Source: Octopus sinensis (taxonomy: Eukaryota). From it: a stretch of 64,000 nucleotides of DNA. The notes under the pieces are model-generated. The model was not told the origin of the DNA. It made no database searches and saw only the letters and a list, made by a program, of their open reading frames with translations. Below are positions 22,070 to 35,083 of this stretch, piece by piece. The DNA is taken from the NCBI RefSeq assembly GCF_006345805.1, contig NW_021835988.1, forward strand, positions 248,001 to 312,000. The letters run 5' to 3'. Position 1 is the first letter of the stretch; each line of letters opens with the position of its first letter. The position numbers and the translations under genes are program-made.

Positions 22070-24001
22070 ATGGATTTAATTGAAGGAGCAAAATTTTACA
22101 TAGATTTAATGCTTGAAGATGCCGGTCCCGGAATGAAGGCAATGCTATTTGATGCCAATACAGTAACAATATAAAACATAATTAAATTAGGCAAAAATAG
22201 TAAGCTACATATATTCTCCAACGGAACTATTATACAAAAAAGTATTTTTATTCGACCAATTAAAAAACCAAACTTGCGAGTCTCTATCTTTCGTAGTGGC
22301 CATAATTTTTGTGCAGCCGACTAATTCTAATTATAATTTGATTCTCAAAGAACTGTCAACCCCCCGATTTACACATTATGCAATATGTCCCCAATATTAA
22401 AATATTTTAGATTTCTCAAGTTACTGTCCAACTGACTTTATCGAAGGGATTGCCATGGCAGATAACGACGAGAGAATCCTGGCCCTCAGAGTATTCTTAT
22501 CTGGGTTACTCCCTTAAGGAAATTTGCTTAGACTACTATGCCCATGGTCCCTGTCTCTTTACATTCAACATTGAGACATGTCATATGGTTGTAATTTTAT
22601 TAATATTTAATAATAGAATAATGGAGGTTGGAAAGGAGATTCATTTGAGCTTGTTTGTGGGGGATTAATGTCAGTGATCAATTCGTTGGGGCAAAACCCC
22701 GAGATCCGTCATCAAGGCTCGTCCCCTTATTGTGCCAAAATATGCTATGAGCTAAAAAATATTTTGGACATGCAGAACGAATCTTCTAAGGACTATGATT
22801 CGCTGCTAGTCATAGTAGATCGGAATATAGACCCAGTGATCCCTGTCATCAATTCGGTCTCTTTAACCGAGTTCACTAGCATAGTGGACTTATGAGGCTA
22901 TGATACACGAATTGGTAGGAATACACGACAATACGGTAAAATTGACACCGAAAGGCTCAAAGCAGATTGTAATAACATTAAATTCAGCGAATACATTTTT
23001 TAAACAGGTTTTGTGGACGTTATTGAACCACGTGTATAGAATCGGTTACTTTTTTACGATGAAATTGTGTCCAACGTGTCCAGTTGTATAGAAAAGATCA
23101 AAGGATTTAGCCAAGGCTTAACGGGGACTGAGTCATTGTCATATATGAAGGTTTTTTGGTTCAGCATGTTCAGGGATTTGTGGAAAAGTACACCAAACAG
23201 AGGAAGTGGGTGGAAATGGTGACACAACACTCCGACCTTGTAGGCGAACTAACCAGAATAGCCACAGAAAACAGTCTGTTCGAGACTTCGCTTCTGGAAC
23301 AGGACATTATTGCATCAAAATTAGATTTCTCTCAAGTTATGCAAGTATTTTGAGTTTTTTACAATTTTTATTGCAGAAAGTTGGAAATTTGTTTGCCGAT
23401 TGTCCGAATGTGACTGCCTTGGACACAATTCGACTGTCGTTGTTGTGTTTGATCAGATTTCCTGAGGCTGCCAACTACAAACTCGACATATTCAACAAAC
23501 ATTTACTCAAGTTGAACGTCTCTCCTCAAATGTATCAAATTCCGCAGTCATTTCAACGTTTTTTGAGCAAAAAGTCGAGTAATCGGGCTGATGGGACTAT
23601 TTTGCGGTGGAGGGAGGCTTTGAAGAAAGCCTCCAAGTCCAATCAAAGTGACCCTGTCAATTTGTACCGACGCTACCGACCATATTTGGCTACCCTGCTT
23701 TCCGAGATTGCCGAAAACAGTCTATCACTAACTGACTTTCCAAGCTCTTTGCAATATAACCCGTTTTTTGGAAAGGATGTGAAGAAGGGAGCCCAAACTA
23801 AAGGGGGTTACTCAAAAGTTGTCGTATTTATTGTTGGAGGAGTCACCTATGCTGAGGCTGGAGTCCTGGAATCAGAAAATTGGCCTTTTCAGGTTATTTT
23901 GGGCGGAACTCGAATTCACAATTTTGACACGTGAGTTGAGGGGTGTTATTTTATTTAGTTATTCCAAGGAGATAGTCAACATTCTTAGTTCGTCTGGATG
24001 A
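22070..24001 (+). CDS. VPS45: Vacuolar protein sorting 45 (Sec1/Munc18 family)
   Basis: Nine GT-AG introns of about 23-32 nt give an uninterrupted frame: MDLIEGAKFYIDLMLEDAGPGMKAMLFD...DRNIDPVIPVINSWTYEAMIHELVGI...VVVFIVGGVTYAEA...VILGGTRIHN. Confidence 0.9.
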
Positions 24002-24135
24002 TTGAGTTTATTTATTTAATTGATTATTTAATCATTTTTAAAAATATTTTACCACTTAAATTTATTCATACAAAAATCAACCTTAAAAATATACAAACAT
24101 GAATTGTAATCACTAAATATTTTAAAACAATTATT

Positions 24136-25239
24136 TTAAACAAATTTTGAATTATAAATTCCTCTGAGGTCACTTAGAATATTTTCAAGTTGATTAAAAA
24201 ACTCACATGACCCCTCATTTGATGAATAGCAGGCAGCCTTGTACGTGTTTGAAATTTGACTGCTAATGAATGTGATCATATCCTCAATCATGTTGAAGAC
24301 ATTTTTAAAGTCAAGGCTTTCATTGTGAAAGGCCAAAACCGATTTCATATTGCACATCATTGAATTAAAATTTGCAAATTGTGCGATAATTTTTTTATGT
24401 CCTTGTTTTATTGATTTTTTCTTTTGTTTTGTGAGTTTTTTGATTTCCGTGTCCATATTTTTTAGGATTTGTGAGATCAAGACGTCATTTTTAGCGAAGG
24501 ACCTTTTTCTTCTCACAACGAACTCTTGACTGAGATTAGAAGACAGTAGCGGAATCTCCTGCATTTTTTCAATATTTTTTTCAAGTGCCGTGTACTGTTT
24601 TTTAAACTCAATTCGTATTTTATCAATAATTCTTTCTTCATTTTCCCCAAATAGAGCGAGATCTTCGGTTATTTGAACAGTCTCAAGCAGATTTTGAAGG
24701 TCGGTTGTTATCTTTTTGAAGCATTCTGTGTTTTTGATGTTAATTTTGAACAATTGTGAAGTTTCCGAACCCCATTTCTTCATGGTCAGCATACTTGAAG
24801 TTTTTGTTAACATTTTTCTAGTTTCAGTAAGTTTTTTCTCGATGGAAGATAAATATTTTTTATTTTTTTGTGCGCTTAATGAAGCTTCTGGAATGATTTT
24901 GATAATATTTTCAAGGGATCGAATTATTTTGTCGACAATTTTTGAAAATTCAAATAAAAAATCATTTACTTCTGGTCGTTCGTCGAAATATTTAGCAAGT
25001 CCAGTATTTATTATCAAAATTATTTTTATGAAATCATCCATCGCACTCCGAATATTTAGTTTTGTCTCTTTTGGAATCAAAGTTTGATTAGGGGCCGTTT
25101 CCTCGACCAATGTGTCGTATACGGTGTTGCACATGTCGTACAGTCCGTCATATATTCCGTCGTAGATTGGCTCGTTCTCTCCGTCTTCGAACATATTTAT
25201 TCTCAGCATTTTTAATTTCTTTTCTAATTCTTCATCCAT
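24136..25239 (-). CDS. Intronless 367-aa orphan, predicted helical/coiled-coil protein
   Basis: A 1104-bp open frame in AT-rich DNA is unlikely by chance. The sequence is K/E/I/L-rich with heptad-like character. No recognised domain. Confidence 0.65.
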   Translation of the reverse strand: MDEELEKKLKMLRINMFEDGENEPIYDGIYDGLYDMCNTVYDTLVEETAPNQTLIPKETKLNIRSAMDDFIKIILIINTGLAKYFDERPEVNDFLFEFSKIVDKIIRSLENIIKIIPEASLSAQKNKKYLSSIEKKLTETRKMLTKTSSMLTMKKWGSETSQLFKINIKNTECFKKITTDLQNLLETVQITEDLALFGENEERIIDKIRIEFKKQYTALEKNIEKMQEIPLLSSNLSQEFVVRRKRSFAKNDVLISQILKNMDTEIKKLTKQKKKSIKQGHKKIIAQFANFNSMMCNMKSVLAFHNESLDFKNVFNMIEDMITFISSQISNTYKAACYSSNEGSCEFFNQLENILSDLRGIYNSKFV

Positions 25240-27867
25240 TGCGTGGCGCTGTGAAATGGATTTACTTGATTATAGTATTAATTATAAGCTCGTAGGCAAT
25301 TTAAGACATTCTAGTTACGAAAAATATTCATTTACCTTTTGGAAAATTAATTATTTTTTAGTTAACTACTATTTACAAATAAAATTATTAGCTTTCGGTC
25401 GGATCCCTTCTTTTAAGGATTTTGACGAAGGGGCCGAGGTTGTCTACTTTTTGTGGTTTTTATTTTCAAGTTACTGGATCTTAAATTATTTCGATTTTAG
25501 TAAGAAATAAAAAAATAATACAATATTTTATTTGGTATAAATTATCTTAATTTGGTTTTTTGTTTTTTAAAAAGTAATAGTGTAAATCGCTCCGAGAATG
25601 GATATTGTTTATTCTAGTAGGTTATGTTAACACAGACTCACTTTTTGCTGTTCTGGTTAGTTTGATTCTTTCCTTAGTGTTTTTAAGAAGTACTTTATGT
25701 TGTGTCTAAACTTGGAAGCACTATTTAAGTTTTCTCTTTGGATGGTTCTTATGATTCTTATGTTAGACTTATGTTAGACTGACGTTGAACTACTGACACA
25801 GACTTTTTAATTAATAAAAGAAACTAATTCCTTTGAAGTTAACAGAGGATGACACTCCTCTCTTTATCCCTCCTTTTCTCTGGCTCTGTAGATTTCCAAG
25901 AAGTTGTAGTCCAGCGCCTCTTGCTGACTAAATGACTACCGACACAGAAAATCTTATTGCAATGCTAATAATTTTAATAAACTGTCTTTTCTAGTTTTTC
26001 TTAGTAAAATTATTAAAAGATCTCAATATTTTAGAGGAGTGACACTATATTATCACGTGTCTAGGAAGGGACATCTGTGGATGTGTCGGTGATAGTAAAA
26101 GTTACTTTTTGACAAATCAAATATTTTTTTAATATTTTTATGACATATGTATTAGTTAGGATCATTCAAAGATTTAGTCGTCGCTAATAATTCAAGAGAA
26201 ACTTTGAATGCTTCAGGACTTTGTGAAATAGGAAATATATCGCCTGAAATAGATCGCTTCTGCTTTCTCCAACGAGGATGAATGTTTGAATCCTCATGAC
26301 TCTTATTTTCTGAGGGATTTAAATGATTAAAAAAGAATTCCAAAGAAATATTAAACTATTGTTTATATTTTAAATATTCACACCGAGTGAAAAAATCATA
26401 AAATGCCATGACAAATGTTGATTTTTCTTCATTTTGAATTCGTAACCAAACCGAAAAGAGCATTTCAACAAATTGGATTTAGTAATTAGCATAAGTGTCA
26501 AAAAATTAGTAATTACATCTGAATTTAACGTTAATTGAATTTATTAGACAAAAACAATTTTCTCGACCATATAAATACCAAGTAAATCCGGAAACCACTC
26601 AAATCATATCATGAATTCGAAGTTAATACAGTATGGGGGTTCCCATGTAGCTTATCAAATAGCAAATGGATAACTCTGCGAATATTCTTGTTTAAATGAT
26701 TATTTGTTTTGATAACTTTTTGGAAAGTTCTAATAAAATATTTAAACATCTAAAGATTAAAATATAATACTACCTCAACTGCATTACAAGGTAAACAACT
26801 AAGGATAACTTTAATAAAAGGTATATTCAATAGTAACCAAATCAACATTTGATTTTGTCTAATGAGTCAGTGGTAGCAAGCATTTGATATTTACCAGTCA
26901 ATTTACAATTGGATTCTACAAACAAGTCGGCCAAATACTAAAATAATTAATTATTATAAAAAAAACATTATAAAGATTTTTTGAACAATCGATGATTATT
27001 TCTCGTTTCTCAAAACAAAATTTAATAATTTTCTCAAAGAACTCTCACATCAAAAATTAAATCACTAAAAATTTCAAAAACAAACTTATGAATCGAGCGA
27101 ATATCCGAGGAGAGACAATAAATTAGAGATATTGTAACTACAGATAGAATAAAAAAATAAATTCCAATTTAAACTGTTTGGCGAATTCAAATGAGATTTA
27201 AAATTTAGTTTATTTTATGAATTGCGACAAATTTAAAAAAATTTGGATCGAATGACTTTTTTGTTCTGAAAAATTATTAATCATTGTAAAACTAAAAAGC
27301 AACACATTAAAATAACTTTAGTTTCAAAACCATATAAACTGAACAATTTATTTGACTTAATATCTGAAATCATAGATATCAAAGACATAAAATCTCGCAC
27401 AGATATCCTGCATTCGTCTACGATTGTGATTTTGTTCCAAAATTCACAAAAATTCACAAATTATAAATCAAAAATATTACTATTTTTATATATCTTATTG
27501 ATATGAGAGCAAAATCCGCAAAATGTGAATGCAGAAAATTTAGGAACAAAAAGCGAAGTGTTTTTTCAAATTCTCGATAAAATTGTAAAAATTGATTATT
27601 CAGAACAATCTAAAAGATTCCGATAATTTTTTTTAAATTGGGTTTTTTGAATTCCGAAATCGAGAGGTAATTGGCGTTAATCCCAACTTTGAGATTACTG
27701 TAAACGGTATGGAAAGATGTTTTTAATCACAAAAACTGATTATAGTGTGAATTTTAAACCCGACAAATAAAAGAGAGGCATATCAAAACAAAAGTCAATG
27801 TCCTTACACACATATTTTCATTAAAGAATAGTAATTCCAGCTTAAACATAGTAAAATAGATTCAATA

Positions 27868-29457
27868 CACTCAACCCTCTCAAATTGGCCATTTGTGATT
27901 CCTTCAATTTTGTTGGCCAATTAGAGAATAAAATCGATAATTTTTTCAAAGAAACTACTTTAATGTGTCTTCAGTTAGCATATTTTTTTAAATTAAAGAA
28001 AATTAAAAAAATATTAATATCATTTATATTTTCATCATTTTCATCTTCAATGTTTCCGCAATTTTCCATCTCTTCTATTGTATCATTTTCTGCATATTCA
28101 TATGCAAGAAATTCTTAAATATCCAACGGATCAAAAATATCTGTTCTTACTATCCTCTGATTTATTTTTGACGTTATCGTTATTTAGAATTTCGAAACAA
28201 TTTGAAATGGTATGTTGCGATACATCTTCCCATGCCAATTTAACAAATATCACAACATCCTTTAATGTGAGGTTTTTATATGAACTATAAACGGATATTT
28301 CTTGATGTTCTAGTATGCAGATTTGTGCTTATTGAAAAGCGTTTTAGAATTTTTCATGATTCCCAAGTCCATTATCTGGACCAAGACTGTACTATTTCGC
28401 GGTATAAACATGATTTCAATATTGGACAAATTTTTTGGTATGCAATGGGAAGGACAATTATCCCGAATAAGTAAAATTTGTTTTTTCTGTATTTTAGATT
28501 CAAATCAAAGTTTATTAGCCAATCTATGAAGATTTTCCCATCATAATATAAAATAAATGAATCGTAATTGTGGTTTTTGAAACATCTGGGTTTTTTGGGT
28601 TTTGATATCATCACAGGTTTTAATTTGTGAGTTCCACTCATATTCGTGGAAAGCATTATGCAATACGATCCTGAAATTTTTGTAACTTTTAAATCGGTTA
28701 CAACAAATGAATTTTGAAGGAATGATTTTATAAAACAATCAAGTTTCATCTAAGTTGTAAATTTGATCATCATTGTATCTCTGTGAAACTTTACGAAATT
28801 TAGAAAGAATGACTCGATGTCAACGTCTGTTTTCATTTCGCGATGCAATTTTCGCATTCGAAATCCATGCCGTCTTTTAAATTTTTCCAATAAACCATTT
28901 GAGTTTTTAAAATTTACTAATTTAAGTTGTTGCGCTAAAAACATAGCCTTAATAGAAATTAAAGCATCATTAAGAAAATTGCCTAAATATTAGACCCTAA
29001 ATACCTCGATGCTTAATCAAATCCATGCAATCAACCAATTTTGCATCAAGTTCAGGAAACTTGAGATTTGATACTTTTTGAGGCTAGATTTTGTTTTTGC
29101 TACCTTTGAGAAGAGAATCTTTTTCGATTATTATTATTATTTATTTATTAAAGACCAAACACGGGCAAAGCCAGTTAATTATAGTTATTCCCGTGATCGC
29201 CGATCCAAACGAGGGAGATCCTTCTGAAAGGTCCGATCCTGCCCGCATGATCGGCCTGAGACGACGATGAAAAAATGTTGTCGATAGAATGTTGTTGATT
29301 GTTTTTCGAAAAATTTTTTATTAAACAAAATACATTTTTCGGCCAAATGGTGACAAGAAAAATGGGTTAGGGTTATTTGACAATTGGCTATTTTGCAGAG
29401 TTTTTTAATTTTTCAGAAGGAAATTGTTAAAAATGGCTAATTTGAGAGGGTTGAGTG
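27868..29457 (-). mobile_element. pogo/Tigger (CENP-B-like) DNA transposon, degenerate
   Basis: 27-bp TIRs CACTCAACCCTCTCAAATT(G/A)GCCATTT flanked by TA on both sides. Minus-strand remnants FPELDAKL, SNGLLEKFKRRHG, TNMSGTHKLKP...KKPRCFK and AWEDVSQHTISNCF. Confidence 0.9.
29128..29301 (-). mobile_element. Short LINE 3'-end insertion nested in the Tigger element
   Basis: (TAA)n tail on the minus strand at about 29128-29150 and a candidate 8-bp TSD TTTTTCGA at 29120-29127 and 29302-29309. Confidence 0.6.
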
Positions 29458-30669
29458 TATTTATTACTTTGATTTTTTAATAAATAATACAATACCAGAA
29501 GATTTTTAAGACTAAAAAGATTTCGTTTTTTTCAAAAAATGTAGAAATTTCGTAAATTCTTGAGGTACTATTAAATCCAAGACGTGGCGTTATGTGGTTC
29601 ACCAACTCGCTTGAATCTCGCAATTCGAACGTATTTCGAAACGTCCAGGGGGCACCTAATGCCCACCGGAAAAGAACCATTAAAACTCGTCCCCGTGGTG
29701 ACATTTTCGTTCCAGGACGATGCACTCTACTATCAAATCTAATGATATGTGTGCTATATTATAAACAATCTGATGGAAACAAATATTGGTAATTGCCTCA
29801 AATGATTTTGAATCCATGAAACTGCATTGTGAAAGGATAGTCGAAGAACAAAAGAATCAAAAGACTATTCACCGTTGTTGGTTATCTACATTACATTACA
29901 TCGAGAACGAATAGATTTGGATTTCTGCATTTTTTCTATCTAGTTGTTTATTGAGGACTTGAGGAAGAATACTGGATTAAAAGTTTTTTTTAATCGCTGG
30001 TGATTCAAACCGTAGACTTGATTCTTGTTACAACTCTTTAAATACAAATAGTGATATTTTTTTAAAAATATGAGGAAAAACTGACAGTGTATTCATTGGA
30101 AAGTTGTAAAAATTTTAAATAATAAAATTAAAGTTGATCCCGTGTACAATTTAGCTTATTAATCTAAAAACCGATTTCTAAATGTAAATTCGGATTTATA
30201 AAATGGACGTTAATTCAGAAAATAACGAACGATAGGTTAATAAAGTGTAATGCTAGACCTACATTTTGCTAACTTATTACAAAATAATTATGATCACTTC
30301 TTGGAAATTTTATTATTATTAAATAATTTTATTTATGTTTCAAAAAACTATAAAAATAATAAATAAATTGATTTGGATCATTTCTTTCCTATGTTTTGTC
30401 GTGTTGTTTAGTCTACGTAATTTAGCTTAAAACTATTCCATTTAGCTTGAAAAGATTATTATTTAGCTTAAAACTATTATCATTTAGCATAGCAAATGGT
30501 TTAGAGTTATTTATAACATTTATTGTTGATTTGTTATATTCCATTAATGCATCACTGGTCACCACTGATGACTTAATTGCTACTTTGATAAAATGATAAT
30601 TTTTTCACGCTCTGAGGTGATAAATAATGTAAATAAGATTAATCCACATTATATTTATCTTTAATGCAG

Positions 30670-31150
30670 TATTAGGCCGGGGAGATACCTATACATTGCG
30701 CATAGGAACAATTTAGTCAGAGTGTTCCTCATACTGACTGTTGTCTAACGTGAAAATCGCTTGCTCATCTCCTTGCGAGTACTACACCAACTTGGAGTTG
30801 GAGTCAAAGGAGCTTGCGAAGCAGTTGCACATGGAGTTTGACAATGGTTTTTAAAAATCCAGTGGAACTTATCTTAATTTTGAAAATATATGTTCTGAGT
30901 GCTTTTAATAGCACTAGACGTGATCATCTTCTAAAATATGCGTATATTCGCTGTACGGACGCCATTTGTAGCTAGTATGAACACGCCTAACCTTCTTTTC
31001 TTCAGGTCATTTAATCTATTGCTCCCCTTATTGTTCTCACCTGGAGTTGATCACATCGCTTGTAATTCATCTTCCAAACTGAACATTTGGTATTTCGATG
31101 ACATCATTCTGAGTGGTATACTTGACGTGATCACGTTCTCGTCCTTGGTA
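30670..31150 (+). mobile_element. Degenerate CRE-like reverse transcriptase core fragment
   Basis: HQLGVGVKGACEAVAHG and PLLFSPGVDHIA...LNIWYFDDIILSG, which contains the RT YxDD motif. Confidence 0.7.
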
Positions 31151-31199
31151 AAAAAAGAATCTCATTTTTCTGATCAAAGTTGAGATAAAATCTGTCCAA

Positions 31200-31340
31200 A
31201 GACTCTTTCAGGTGGAGAACAAAAAGCTCAGAAAATATGATCTCCTATCTAAAGAGTTGGAGCTGATAGATCAAGCAAAAATGAAGATTATACTTAAGTG
31301 GGATTCACCTGTAACTTCAAAGTTTATGAAGTACAAAAGA
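31200..31340 (+). mobile_element. Small R2/NeSL-like RLE C-terminal relic
   Basis: QVENKKLRKYDLLSKEL...KMKII..WD aligns to QVEVEKCHKYDLLASEL...VKIIPVVMTWD of the 15751 element. Confidence 0.6.
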
Positions 31341-32146
31341 TCATTATATAGGAATGACAGATTTTTGCATATATTTAGTCGTTGACTATAAAAAAACTAG
31401 AATGTATGATTGACTTTTGTTGATACAAAATTGAGTCATGGAAAAGGAATAGAGTCGGATAGTAGATTTATTTGTTCATATAATTTTATTTAAACAGTAA
31501 ACAATGATTTTATTTTCTATGTTTGAATGTACGAATTGTATAAGAACCATGGAAAAGAACCGAAATGTGAGTTCTATCCTTTTGAATAAACGAAGAAAAT
31601 TTTGTGATCTGTGCAGCTTATAGACTTAAAGGCCACTTCTAATATTATAATTTCTTCAATTTAAAAGAGTTTGTAAAAAATAATTAAAATCAAATACGGT
31701 TATTGCGAGGAATTGGATTATATGATTCCATAATACCAACGATTATTTTATAATCAATATTAATTTTGATCAACAATATTTCTAATCTTGACAGATTATA
31801 AAATACATTTTGACATTATTTATTGATAAAAATATGTAATGAATACTAATGTAGGCTTTCTATGAAGCAAAATTGAAGATTATTCCCGTAGTCTTGACAT
31901 GGGATAGATATTTCACAGTTCTTTAAAAGCCATATGGATAAGTTATCTATTAAGAAGGAACGAGGACATAAATCAAGTCGGTTGTGCGAAATAGGACGCT
32001 GGACGAAAAGTACGCCTCTACTGCCAATCAACTTGCGGAGCTGAACAAAAAACCTATATGAATACTAACATCAGCAGCAATGAATTTGAATTTCTACGGA
32101 GTGGTCAGTCCTCTATGAAACGAGAAGCAATCACAACCCGATAAGG

Positions 32147-33049
32147 GTGAAGATCAAAAGAGAAGTTGTCACCAGAAAAGTTCCCATTCCATACAATTAC
32201 AAAGCGGCCAAGTGGCCATGGTTCCAAGAGATATTGAACACGAGACTAAAAAATTGCAATCTGTGCAGCTTTAGCTCTCTCGACAAGGCCATTGGCTTCT
32301 TCTCGAAGATCATTCTGGAAGCAAGAGCAATGGCTATTCCTAAACGTCCACCTCACGCTGCTTGTAGTCGAAGGATATCCGGTCTGGCCAAGGAGAGAAA
32401 TCGCCTCAAGAAGTCAAACCGAATGTCTTCCGACATAATTACCCGCATCAGATATTTGAACAAGGAATTGAAGACCAGTGAACACAGGCACACCTATCTG
32501 AAATGGAATCGCATTCTTACTACCGTGAACCGTAATCGTTCAACGGGTGAAGTGTGGAAAACCATTCGGCACGTGACCAGGGGGGACTCTCCCGAACCAT
32601 TCGAAGATTTCGATAAAAAAGACTTGAACAACCTCATAAATTTCTATGCGAAAAATGCACACAAGGAGTACAGGAAATCCGATTCACTTCCCTTTAACAG
32701 AAGCCTAAAAAAACGGGCGGAACTTCTCCTCCTCTCGATAAAGGAGGTGGAAGATACCTTGCACTCTACAAAATCATCGTATTCTCACGGCCCGGATAAA
32801 ATCCCGGTCATCCTATTAAAAAACCTTGGTGTCGAAGGAGTCAGGTTCCTAACATCTATCTTCAACTATTCAATCAACAACAATGTGATTCCGTCAATAT
32901 GGAAACAGGCCCTAATAAGGCCGATACTGAAGCCTGGAAGACCAAGAGGGGACCCGGCATCTTTCAGGCCGATTTCCCTGTTATGTTTGATGTCAAAAAT
33001 CCTGGAAAGACTGGTTCCACAACAGCAAAATTTTAGAAGGCTAAAGTGA
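32147..33049 (+). mobile_element. Jockey/I-like LINE fragment (region between APE and RT, plus RT N-terminus)
   Basis: YNYKAAKWPWF...SHGPDKIPVILLKNL...FNYSINNNVIPSIWKQALIRPILKPG...SFRPISLLCLMSKILERLV, truncated immediately afterwards. Confidence 0.85.
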
Positions 33050-33338
33050 CAAAGGTTTTGAAATCATTGGCATTGAAAACTTCTCAATTTTACCGTTTTC
33101 AAAGATACGGAAAATGTTCGAGGTTTAGGAAAATGAATTAATGTAAAATGAGCTGTATAAATCCAGATTTATGGTATGAAATAAAGCAGTAATAAAAATA
33201 AAATTATATTAGGGCATATAACAGTAAATTGATAACGAGAAAAATATTTAAATTATTTATATTTCTAAGAATACAGTCATAATTTTATTGGAATTTCCGC
33301 ATGACACATTTATATTTGACTTTAGCGTGAAAAAAGAA

Positions 33339-34274
33339 ATGGTATGTCTCTATTTATTATTAGGAGCGTTAGCTTTTCAAACACTCGGTAATTTTAAATT
33401 CAATGTGAAATCTATCCATAGGCTATCCATGGAAATTGAAAATTTTTTTTGATAACATCCCTGTTTGCTTTTAATTAATAACTATAGAGAAAGGATGTTT
33501 TAACGACAAAACAAGTGATAATTTTTAGCTATATAATAGGCTCTTTCTGATGTAATTGAAATAACGGAAGTTGATAGGTCAAATAAATTAAATCACTTGG
33601 TTATCAAAATAGAGTTAGTTTTATTATTTTTATTCTTTCAAAGTAAAGACAACAAAATTATGGATAAAATATACACTGAGGATGAGAGTAAAGTAATATA
33701 CGTAAAATACTACAATCAAAATGTATTTAAAATTAAATTTATATAGAAAAATCATGGAGCAATTCTATATAATATATTAAACTTTTTTGGTTTGCCTGAT
33801 TCAAACAATACAAATAGTATTATGAATAATACTTTGTGGTAATTCTATATCATTTTTATTTAAGTAATCGACTATTGTCAAAAAAAGAGTTAAATTATCT
33901 TCGAAATATGAACCATCTTATAAATGACAGTAATCAAAAATTTATTTTTTCAGCAACTTTATCACTTCTTTTGAAAAGTAGAATAACACCAACAGAAAAG
34001 CCAACAACAGTGTCCTTGAAAAGTAGAATAACACCAACAGAAAACCCATTAGACAGCACACGTCCTACTTCAAAATGTATATATTTATTATTATTTTGCA
34101 AATCGTGTTATTCCTGTTAAAAATAATTTAAATTTGAAACCAATAAATGTGAAAAAATTTGAAATGCTTTATCTCATACCCATTTTCGTTGCACTTCTGA
34201 TTATTTCGGTTATTGCCGTCATTATAGTAAGAAAAAAGAGAAAATCGGAAAAATATGATAATTTAGAAGAGTAA
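33339..34274 (+). CDS. Type-I single-pass membrane protein, paralog A (signal peptide, ectodomain, T/P/S-rich stalk, TM, short tail)
   Basis: Starts MVCLYLLLGALAFQTLG. Seven GT-AG introns of about 24-34 nt keep the frame. The TM exon MLYLIPIFVALLIISVIAVIIVRKKRKSEKYDNLEE* is joined only by a GT...AA intron at 34077-34101. Confidence 0.65.
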
Positions 34275-35083
34275 TTTTAAATTCAAATTTTATTAATAGA
34301 AATCCATATTACCAGGAGGCCCTAGTAAATTAAAACTATAATAATAAATTATTAATATTAACAAAGCTTTTTTGGTTTTATGATTTTCATTTATTCTATA
34401 ATCTTAGAAACTTAGTTTATAATTGAAAATTACGATTAATTTCAAAATAAATTAGATTCTATTCACAATAAAAATTAAACTCAGAGGAAAACTATAGATA
34501 AAACATGCTGCAATTGCCATAGTTTTGAGAAAGTCTCTAACAAATTTGAAAATAACGTTCTAAAGTTCGTATCCATTAAATTCATACATTTTTTTCGATA
34601 CATTTTTTCAGTTCTCAAATATCACAAGTCTAGTAGAAAGATTCAAATCATAGAAACCCAAAATAGAGTTGTCTCTGAATCAACCAAAAAACAATTTTTC
34701 ATTGAACATTGCATAGAGATTTGAGAAAGTTTTTGTTTTGAAGTTAATTTTTCTCAACAAGGGAGTATCTTCAAATTCATTTTAATAACTAAAAATATTC
34801 ATAATTCCAGTATTAAAACAATTTTTTTTAACATTAAAAGTAACTCTGAAGCTTCATTTTTGTATCTAAAGAAACTTGTTCATAAACAGACAAGAAATGC
34901 CTACATTAGCAAATAACTTTCAAAACTTCATAAATTCTTTTTGATCGTTACAATTAAGAAATGATTCATTGAAAAACACGATAGAATATTCGAAGGATTT
35001 TCGAAATTGAACTTGGAAAAGACCACAGTATCAAGTTTTTTAATCAAGAGAAAACAAGGACAAATTATGTTCATTTTGTAAAT

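Noticed and set aside
29480-29790. GC-richer island with short ORFs on both strands
   Set aside because: No recognisable motif in six frames, and no termini or second copy in the window.
34077-34130. U12-type AT-AC intron as the explanation for the missing AG acceptor
   Set aside because: No ATATCCTT-like donor or TCCTTAAC branch site is present.
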